NCBI GenBank assembly: GCA_003144275.1
Contig: NJBF01000020.1
Location: 43,255-75,254, forward strand
Source of the DNA: Candidatus Heimdallarchaeota archaeon B3_Heim
GTDB lineage: Archaea > Asgardarchaeota > Heimdallarchaeia > Hodarchaeales > Hodarchaeaceae
Direction: 5' to 3'
Length of the DNA: 32,000 nt
Shown: in pieces, positions 9,164-16,458 of the stretch
How positions within the stretch are numbered: the first letter of the stretch is position 1
Layout: every line of letters begins with the position of its first letter
Translations under genes and position numbers: made by a program
Notes under the pieces: model-generated
Seen by the model: the letters and a program-made list of their open reading frames with translations, nothing else
The model's database searches: none
Told to the model about the DNA's origin: nothing

Positions 9164-10261
9164 CTATTCCTCTAAAGGAGTCAATTTTCGTAATTTAGAT
9201 AATTTTCGGGTTCTGAAAGATTCCCAGGGCGTATTCATTAAAATTTCCCAATTTAAGTAGCATGAACAAATTTCTGAGAAATTTTCTGGTAGCTTTTCTC
9301 TTTGGACAGCTTTTTCAATCAGCTTAAGTACAATTTTATCACATTTTCCACAATTGTGAGCTCCTCGTTCTTTACCTGCGGCTGTGGGGTCACAAATAAT
9401 TTTTATATTAGGAGCAATCTCATTAGCGATCTTAATCAGATGAAGTACAGTCCATAACCAAGGAGGTTGATATTCATCCTTTCTAAAAAGTTCGTAGATC
9501 AACGTCCCATTCTGAATATTACATGGATTTATTGAGATAACATCTGTTCCCATTTGTTTCGCATCGAAAACAGTCTTAATGGAATCTCTCAATGCTTCTT
9601 GTTCACTAAGAAACGGAGGTTTAATAAAAACGTAACTTTTAACTTCAACACCTATTGGTTGTAAATATTTTAGACTAGATTCGTAATCTTCTAGGGTTGT
9701 CCCCTTATTCCAGCAATCTAGTAATATTGCGTTGTTAGAGCTCTCTAAACCAATACCAATTTCTAATTTGATTTCTGAAAGACGTTTGAGAATTCCTTCA
9801 ATGGTTGTTTTCTCTTTTAAAATGAATTCTGGTCTACATTCGACAGATAATTTAATTATCTGCCCAGAACTTTTAATAAGATCTATAATGGTCTTTCTTA
9901 ATTCCTCTGGAACATCGTTCTTATCAAAAAAGCTCCCCGAATTGAAAATCTGTAACTCAAGTGGTTTATTATATTTAGTTTCAATTATTAATCTTCTTAA
10001 TTCATCTTCAATCTTTGTGACTGGGATTTGATTCTCTCTTGAGGAATCATTGACATATCCACAAACTGAGCATCCTCCATTGTCCGATAAAGCCCAACTA
10101 CATCCCTTGGATGGGATTACTATGGTCACGGTGATATAATCCTCTTTTTCTGACACACTACTCCATATTTTGGAATGAGAGGTATCTGACACCTGAGTAA
10201 GGTACTTGTGACGAATTTCTTGAATTCTGTCCGAAATAAGAGGATTGACTTGTTTATGCAT
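9164..10261 (-). CDS. raSEA: Archaeosine biosynthesis radical SAM protein RaSEA
   Basis: KGCSWALSDNGGCSVCGY extended cluster motif, FNSGSFFD, EIGIGLES, YVFIKPPFLSE, YQPPWLW, RGAHNCGKCD; overlaps arcS by 8 nt. Confidence 0.9.
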   Translation of the reverse strand: MHKQVNPLISDRIQEIRHKYLTQVSDTSHSKIWSSVSEKEDYITVTIVIPSKGCSWALSDNGGCSVCGYVNDSSRENQIPVTKIEDELRRLIIETKYNKPLELQIFNSGSFFDKNDVPEELRKTIIDLIKSSGQIIKLSVECRPEFILKEKTTIEGILKRLSEIKLEIGIGLESSNNAILLDCWNKGTTLEDYESSLKYLQPIGVEVKSYVFIKPPFLSEQEALRDSIKTVFDAKQMGTDVISINPCNIQNGTLIYELFRKDEYQPPWLWTVLHLIKIANEIAPNIKIICDPTAAGKERGAHNCGKCDKIVLKLIEKAVQREKLPENFSEICSCYLNWEILMNTPWESFRTRKLSKLRKLTPLEE

Positions 10262-12170
10262 TTTCTTTCACCTTCTGACGAATTTTTACACCTAATCCCC
10301 GAGGCATGTCGACTAATAGCTTCCCTGGAAGATAAGCGACTCCTGTAGCCATGAGTTCTTCATTTTCATTAACTACTATCACTTCATCATTTATCCTGAT
10401 TTCATGATCAGCCTGTCTAATGGCATTGGCAAATATTGTAGTTCCCCTTATACTTTCCCCATCAAATCTCACTATATTTTTCGATGTGCCAATCATACGT
10501 CTTGCAGCTTCTAGTGATAACGTTAAAAAGCCAGTAGAGGACCGAAAAGTCAATAGATGCTTACCAGCAAGTTGAATTCGGATACCGAGTTCTTTATATC
10601 CTTGAAGTCTTACATTTTCAGGGATTAGTAACTTTCCTACTCCAAATCCAAATTGATAATCGGCGACTACTCGTAAAAAATCTAGGAGCTTATTTCTCTT
10701 TGGAATTGTTTTTATTATTAGTTTTTCAGTGAGGAGATGTCTAAACTGATATAAACTTTCTTTTGAGGTTAGAGCTGGGACATCATCATCTATAATGTGA
10801 ACAACTCTGTCTAAATTCTTGCAAACATCAACAAGCACTCTTTTTTCCGTTCCTTTTACATATCCCAAAAGTTGAATAGTAGTTGGGCAGTTTTTCAGAA
10901 AATTTTCAAGATCCTCAGCAAGTTGTTCTCGTTCTAGACTACTCCAATCTCCAGTAACTGGTATATCGTAATGCGCAGCGGGGTATGTATATTCTAACTC
11001 TCTGGGGACAATTCCTAGCGGACTTGTGAGAATAATCTCTGCAAGAGAGTGGCGTCGACTTTTCAGAGTTCTTCGAATAGCACTTTGGAAAGCACGATGT
11101 GATTTCGATTGAGAGTAGGGTTTCCTTGCGGAACATGGAAGGAAAACAATACCTTGTATATGAGAAGCTAGTCGATATCTATCTCTTACCCTTTCTCTAA
11201 AGCGTTTAACCTCTGGTCTAGAAAAATCAGTTTCATCTGTACAGTAAAGTGATTTTGCCCCATAAATTGTTGTTCCTTGATCTAGCGGTATTTGCTTGTC
11301 AATCATTCGGAGCAATGTCTTCTGGGGGGGATATGAATTTGCGTATATTCGGACTAAATCACGTAATTTACCTGATTTAAGAGCAGATTTTATACGATTT
11401 ATTACGAGTTTATAATCCTCCGCATTATTATCCATTTCCAATATATTACCTCCGTTTGTAAGTGTAGAGAGGAAAGTAAAATCAAATAAATCAATACCCA
11501 GATAGGTCAGGATGGGAAAAAATGAAGAGGGTACTCCAGGTGCGTATAGCATAACATCAGGCGTAATAATTTCTTTTATTGACGATAAATATTGCAATAG
11601 AAATTTCGGATGGTTCAGTAATGACGAAATATCTCCTAAACTAATGATTCCAACTTTAAAAGGGATGAGTTCTTTTAAAGATTCAGCTAGATTAGATCTA
11701 AATGGGATATTAACCATAAACTTGGACTGGAGAATACTAGTTATTGAGATTAAACGTTTAATGGTTGAAATATATTCATTAATGTGATCTAAATAGATTT
11801 CAGGTAAATCCCAAGGAATTAAATGGAAAAACTCGTCTCGAGATACCAATGATTGGAAGATCTCGGGAAATAAATCTTCTATTCTAGTCAAATTAGACAA
11901 AGATTTCCCCTGCATCTGTAAAGATGAATATAGAATACATGTGGGAAATGATGATAATTCTGGTTGTTGATGCTGTGATTGGAAAAAAGTCTCAAGATTT
12001 GATTTGCTTAGAATTTTTTTTAATTTATATGAGTCTTGATTTTCAATTGGAGATAAGTCATCTTCTCTTCTCATCTGAAGATTAAGAAACGTAGGTGTTT
12101 CATAAGGTCGTCCCAATAGAACATTCCCAAGTCTCCCCAATCCCTCAAATTTTCGTATTTCAAATGACAT
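10254..12170 (-). CDS. arcS: Archaeosine synthase subunit ArcS (degenerate TGT-like + DUF5591 + PUA domain)
   Basis: FLPCSARKPYSQSKSH, LTSPLGIVPRELEYTYPAAHYDIPVTGDW, C-terminal PUA (ADHEIRINDEVIV...GLGVKIR). Confidence 0.92.
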   Translation of the reverse strand: MSFEIRKFEGLGRLGNVLLGRPYETPTFLNLQMRREDDLSPIENQDSYKLKKILSKSNLETFFQSQHQQPELSSFPTCILYSSLQMQGKSLSNLTRIEDLFPEIFQSLVSRDEFFHLIPWDLPEIYLDHINEYISTIKRLISITSILQSKFMVNIPFRSNLAESLKELIPFKVGIISLGDISSLLNHPKFLLQYLSSIKEIITPDVMLYAPGVPSSFFPILTYLGIDLFDFTFLSTLTNGGNILEMDNNAEDYKLVINRIKSALKSGKLRDLVRIYANSYPPQKTLLRMIDKQIPLDQGTTIYGAKSLYCTDETDFSRPEVKRFRERVRDRYRLASHIQGIVFLPCSARKPYSQSKSHRAFQSAIRRTLKSRRHSLAEIILTSPLGIVPRELEYTYPAAHYDIPVTGDWSSLEREQLAEDLENFLKNCPTTIQLLGYVKGTEKRVLVDVCKNLDRVVHIIDDDVPALTSKESLYQFRHLLTEKLIIKTIPKRNKLLDFLRVVADYQFGFGVGKLLIPENVRLQGYKELGIRIQLAGKHLLTFRSSTGFLTLSLEAARRMIGTSKNIVRFDGESIRGTTIFANAIRQADHEIRINDEVIVVNENEELMATGVAYLPGKLLVDMPRGLGVKIRQKVKENA

Positions 12171-12526
12171 GCCTTTCTACTCCTTAGTTTACCCAGAATA
12201 TTCTTGAAATTTCCTCTAACTCGAAAGATATTAGCATAATCGTCAAAGATGAACAGATAGGATTCCAGTAATAATGTTGATTATTGAAAATACGAAACAG
12301 ATGTCAAAGATTTCTGGTGTGTTATTTTATGGAAATTTCATTCTCCACTTATTTTAGATCGAAATATAGAATATCATCTAGATAATATCCGTATTGATAG
12401 AGGACATGAGATATGAATATTTGATGAAAATTAGATCCCTTTAACCCAAGGATCATTGTCATTATTTGAAAATCACACAGATTGAAAGTGAATTTTACCT
12501 TGAGTTCGTCTATTAGTAATACAACG

Positions 12527-13909
12527 ATGATGGAGTATTTTCGTCCAAGAGGAAAAATCGTTTGCCTTGGAGATAATATGAAATCTGAACTCGAACTGAT
12601 AAAGAACATTCTAGACATAAACAATGATAAGAGAGTACCAGTTCTTCTGCTCAGTTCTTCCACTGATCTTAGTGAATATGCAGATCAAGTAGTTATCTTT
12701 GATTCGGATTCAACAATTGCTCAAGTTCATAATCTTTTGAACTCCTCATTTTTATTTTTTTTGTTTAATTCTTCTGAACATGGAATACTGAGAATTTTAG
12801 GTACAATCCTAGCCTCAATTGAATACAGAGGCACGATCCCTATTTTTATCGATACTGGTAGAGGTCTCCCTCCAGATCAAAAGAAAAATCTAGGTGAATG
12901 TTATTTTCACTTCGATTTATTAGAGGATATCAATCAAAAGAGTTTTTCAATATTTCTAGAAAACATAATATCTGTGTTATCACCTGTTTCTGGGCTTGGG
13001 ATATCATTTTCAGATTTAATTCAAATTTTTGGAAAATCTAAAAGTCTTTTTTATGGAATTTCACAATCAACCCTCTTGGAACAAGTTCTAGAAGATTTAG
13101 TTGATCAAATTGGGGGAAAGCTTGTCCAAACATTGCCTGAAGAACTTGAAAATCTTGAAGCTATCTTTATCTCTGTTATTTCAGGAAAATCACTCAGTTT
13201 GCAAATTATGAATAAGATAACCTCAAAATTTGCTTCGACATTTGGTATGGAATTCAATATCCATTTTTCTAATTCTGTAGAATCTGATCTCCAGGGTTAC
13301 AAAACGATGGCCATACTTACAGATCTTCACCCAATAAATGAAATTTTTCCAGTTGCGAATCCCTTTCTAATGTTAGATTTTGATAATGAGACTGAAGACA
13401 CTTCTGATGAATTATCCTTTTCAAATTCCAAAGAAAAACCATTGAAAGAAAATGAGGAGGATATGAGATTCCATATTTTGGGTAAAATATTTTCTGAATC
13501 TGAGGTTTACATATTTGATGATGGAGGGCTTCCTCTATTTGCTAGTCACCGTCCAGCTGGGCAAGAAGTTTGTCTATATACTGGATTATTCTCTGCAATT
13601 CAATCTATGAGTTCAGATTTAATTGGTCATTCTCCAGACCATCTTACTGCGGGGGATAAAGAATGTGTATTTGTGTCACAGAAAGGTCCAAATCAAGTAC
13701 AACTAAGAGGAGTTGCCATTTGTCAAGGCGGACAGGAAGAAACTGCTAGAAATGACCTCAAAGTTTCTATGGATTTAGTTCATCGTGTAATGCTACAGGG
13801 AGAACCAGAATACGCTATAAATGATAAAATCCAAGGCATTCTTGTTAAAAGTTTCCAGAAGGGAGAACTATCTAATGGCTTTGCCTTAGCAAAATATCAA
13901 GCAAGCTAA
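12527..13909 (+). CDS. Hypothetical: degenerate FtsZ/tubulin-like domain + acidic linker + longin/Roadblock-like C-terminal domain (likely start ATG 12527; ORF open from 12482)
   Basis: ISVLSPVSGLGISFSDLIQIFGKSKSLFYG resembles the FtsZ T7 region; AIFISVISGKSLSL...IHFSNSVESDL..KTMAILTDL resembles the FtsZ C-terminal domain; EVYIFDDGGLPLF...LYTGLFSAIQSMSSDL is longin-like. Confidence 0.6.
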   Translation: MMEYFRPRGKIVCLGDNMKSELELIKNILDINNDKRVPVLLLSSSTDLSEYADQVVIFDSDSTIAQVHNLLNSSFLFFLFNSSEHGILRILGTILASIEYRGTIPIFIDTGRGLPPDQKKNLGECYFHFDLLEDINQKSFSIFLENIISVLSPVSGLGISFSDLIQIFGKSKSLFYGISQSTLLEQVLEDLVDQIGGKLVQTLPEELENLEAIFISVISGKSLSLQIMNKITSKFASTFGMEFNIHFSNSVESDLQGYKTMAILTDLHPINEIFPVANPFLMLDFDNETEDTSDELSFSNSKEKPLKENEEDMRFHILGKIFSESEVYIFDDGGLPLFASHRPAGQEVCLYTGLFSAIQSMSSDLIGHSPDHLTAGDKECVFVSQKGPNQVQLRGVAICQGGQEETARNDLKVSMDLVHRVMLQGEPEYAINDKIQGILVKSFQKGELSNGFALAKYQAS

Positions 13910-13923
13910 CTTATTTCTACAGA

Positions 13924-14559
13924 TTATTTAGAAATAGGATTAATAGCTTCATTTGTTTGGTAACGTTCATAAACTTTTTCAACATAACCAAACTCTTCAA
14001 TTAGTTCATGAATTCTTGTCGATTCAATATAGATTTCAGAGGTCCATAAAATCAAGTACGCAGTAATCATAGGCAATTGAGGGGTAACTGATTCCTGTAT
14101 TTCAAATAGGATCTGTTTACGTAGAGCGAGCTCTGTTTCATACATATCAATTATTTCTCGAATGGTATTTTCAGCTTGATCTATAATCTCTAAATCATGA
14201 GGCCATTCATTATTATCTTTTACTGCTCGATTTTTCGCTGGTTGAAGAATATCACAACGAAAGCTCTGTTCTATTTTTCTCATCTCGCGAATTACATCTT
14301 TAAAATGAGTTAAATAAGCATTCAATTCGGTGATATGCCTATTGATAGATTCTGCGAGATTATAAGCTAGTCTGCCCTGAACGTCATCAAACTTAGTCTT
14401 TATTACTTCGGAAAAGACATCTGATCTTTGAGTCAGGTTAAATCGTGATAAGATATTGAGTACCATGTTTACAGTTCGTAACGACTGGCCTTGAACGGTG
14501 GTCCACTTTTTTTGAGAGATTTGTAACCTCTTTTTAAAGACCCGAATGCTCTGACTCAT
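13924..14559 (-). CDS. Hypothetical all-helical protein, CINP/C1orf109-like
   Basis: MYETELALRKQIL...AYLILWTSEIYIES resembles human CINP C-terminus as I recall it (MYRKELLLKRTVA...SYLSMWLHQPYVES); KFDDVQGRL resembles C1orf109 AFPDLKERL. Confidence 0.6.
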   Translation of the reverse strand: MSQSIRVFKKRLQISQKKWTTVQGQSLRTVNMVLNILSRFNLTQRSDVFSEVIKTKFDDVQGRLAYNLAESINRHITELNAYLTHFKDVIREMRKIEQSFRCDILQPAKNRAVKDNNEWPHDLEIIDQAENTIREIIDMYETELALRKQILFEIQESVTPQLPMITAYLILWTSEIYIESTRIHELIEEFGYVEKVYERYQTNEAINPISK

Positions 14560-14671
14560 AACCAGTCAAATCCTATCTTTTTCGACTTTCTCACCATGAA
14601 TGAAAATATGGTTAAGAAAACAAGTCCTCGAATCAGGAAGTGATACTCATTCCTTTAATATTATACCTAAT

Positions 14672-14861
14672 GATTGAGGCACAAAATAATTCCGTTCTGA
14701 AAGACTTACCCAAATGGGACTGATAAGAATAATCAAGAAGAATTATTCGAAACAACCGTTGGAGCTGTTCTTCCTGATTCATCGACGCGTGCCTGCTCTG
14801 ATGCAGGTCTTACCACCTCTCCACAGACATTTAAGGTCTCCGCAGAACTCTCGGCGACCGG
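14672..14861 (-). ncRNA. Putative omega-RNA (reRNA): scaffold ~14861-14692 plus ~20-nt guide 14691-14672
   Basis: GC-rich hairpins at the tnpB 3' end (CCTGC-N6-GCAGG 14792-14807; CCG...CGG 14840-14854; GAACAGC...GTTGTTT on minus). TnpB omega-RNAs are established to derive from the right end with the guide from flanking DNA. Confidence 0.6.
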
Positions 14862-16034
14862 AAAGAGTAGGAACTGATAGATAGTATAATAATTAGCAAC
14901 ATTACGGGCAGCGTTCTGATCACGATCTAATGCCAACCCGCATAACGGGCAATGAAAAATCCGATCAGCTAACGTCAGATCACGACGGTAATAAAGGCAA
15001 TTCGAGCATAATTTCGAGGAAGGAAACCAGCGATCGATCTCAATCACCTTAGAGCCATATAAGGGCGCCTTATATGCGAGGAAACGCTGAAACAGACCAT
15101 GTGAAAGATCGGCCCAATATTTACTCAGCTTCTTATTTTGCATTAATCCTTTGACATGTAAATCCTCGGTAACTATCACGCTGTGGTTTTTAGCCAGATA
15201 AGTTGAGGTCTGATGCAAAAAATTATGCCTTTGGTTGGTGATTCGACGATAGAATCGCGCTAAGCGGAGGGCAGACTTCCGTTTATTATTTGAGACGTTC
15301 TGTTTCCGAGAATGAACTTTTGATAATCGATCCTGTTTTCGAGCTTGACGGAGGAGGAATTTGGGACGAGTGATAGGTATTCCCGAAGATAACGCTGTAA
15401 AGACGGATAAGCCTTTATCCAGGGCAATAATTGGGCCATCGTTTGGGTTACAATCTGGTTGTACCTCTTTTACCGTAAGAGCCACATACCAGCGATCCGC
15501 AGTCCGAGAAACCGTGACACTCAGTATCCGTGCTGATACAGGTAAATTTGGCCTTTCTTTTAACCGTAATTTACCTAAGCGAGGTAATTGCACCTGTTTT
15601 ACCTTTTGAAAAAGATGAATCACTCCAGTCAATCGAAAGCTGTCCTTACACTTGCCTTTTTTCTTGAAAATGGGTAAGCCGATATAACGGGTGGTTTGCT
15701 TCCGTTTTATTTGTTGATGATTGGTGAAGAAATTCTGATAGCCACGATCTAAGTCGCGGAGTGCCTCTTGCGGGACACATTTCGAAACCTCATACATCCA
15801 AGGAAAATCTGTTAGTTTCAAGCGATTTAATTCTTTATGCTGTTTCATAGCATCGGTATAGCGAGCAGCACCTGCTCGCGTTCGATAACGCGATTTCCGA
15901 TTGGCTAATCCCCAGTTCCAGGCAAATCGTGATATACCTGCATATTTGGTCAGTAGCGTCCGTTCTTTGTTATTCACTGTTAATTCGTACTTGTATCCTC
16001 GTGTACGGAGCATCCCTGACCATCCTTACTTAGA
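14692..16034 (-). mobile_element. Non-autonomous IS607-type (TnpB-only) element; right end at 14692, left end uncertain
   Basis: tnpB ORF with higher GC than host; minus-strand 3' end TTTGGGTAAGTCTTTCAGAACGG resembles IS607-family right ends ending in GG; no tnpA ORF upstream; left-end candidates follow TGGG (16038-16035) or TAGG (~16089). Confidence 0.65.
14733..16013 (-). CDS. tnpB: RNA-guided endonuclease TnpB (IS200/IS605/IS607 superfamily)
   Basis: N-terminal GYKYEL...AGISRFAWNWGL, RuvC-I IALDKGL, RuvC-II VTEDLHV, Zn finger CSNC...CPLC, RuvC-III DRDQNAARN; C-tail AESSAETLNVCGE typical of overlap with omega-RNA. Confidence 0.96.
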   Translation of the reverse strand: MLRTRGYKYELTVNNKERTLLTKYAGISRFAWNWGLANRKSRYRTRAGAARYTDAMKQHKELNRLKLTDFPWMYEVSKCVPQEALRDLDRGYQNFFTNHQQIKRKQTTRYIGLPIFKKKGKCKDSFRLTGVIHLFQKVKQVQLPRLGKLRLKERPNLPVSARILSVTVSRTADRWYVALTVKEVQPDCNPNDGPIIALDKGLSVFTALSSGIPITRPKFLLRQARKQDRLSKVHSRKQNVSNNKRKSALRLARFYRRITNQRHNFLHQTSTYLAKNHSVIVTEDLHVKGLMQNKKLSKYWADLSHGLFQRFLAYKAPLYGSKVIEIDRWFPSSKLCSNCLYYRRDLTLADRIFHCPLCGLALDRDQNAARNVANYYTIYQFLLFPVAESSAETLNVCGEVVRPASEQARVDESGRTAPTVVSNNSS

Positions 16035-16458
16035 CCCACTATCAGAACCTAGCAATACTGATTGATTACGCGTTTTTCTTCTTATAAACCTACTAGGCCA
16101 CGTGATCTAAATCAAAATTGCTACTTTTCAGTTATTTTAATATTAAAAGGTTAAGTAGTTCATCGTTGGAGCTATAATATCATGAGATCCATTTATGGCT
16201 CTATTAATTCAATATTTTAGTCTCTACACCCTCTTCCTTTGTTGTTTTGCTTTTTGTTTCCCTTTTCCCCTTGAAGTTTGCTCTTCCTATTTGTCCATAA
16301 ATATCTATATTTGGCGATCTATTTAATAGATAGTTAACAACCCTTAGCCTTCACATTATTAAAAAGGCATTTCCTCCTAATTTCTCTCCTTAGCGTGTAA
16401 ATAATTACACTCTTTTATAGAAGTAAATAATTAATATCAAACTTGTTGGTTACAATGT

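Noticed and set aside
14630-14780. 11-bp inverted match GAATCAGGAAG (14630-14640) / CTTCCTGATTC (14770-14780)
   Set aside because: IS607/IS605 elements do not use terminal inverted repeats; one copy lies outside the element; plausible by chance
16170-16375. Purine-rich open frame on the minus strand with a strong AGGAGG upstream, between tnpB and the receptor gene (possible tnpA remnant)
   Set aside because: The SD-linked ATG gives only M-P-F-stop; the longer frame has no start codon and no serine-recombinase or Y1 motifs
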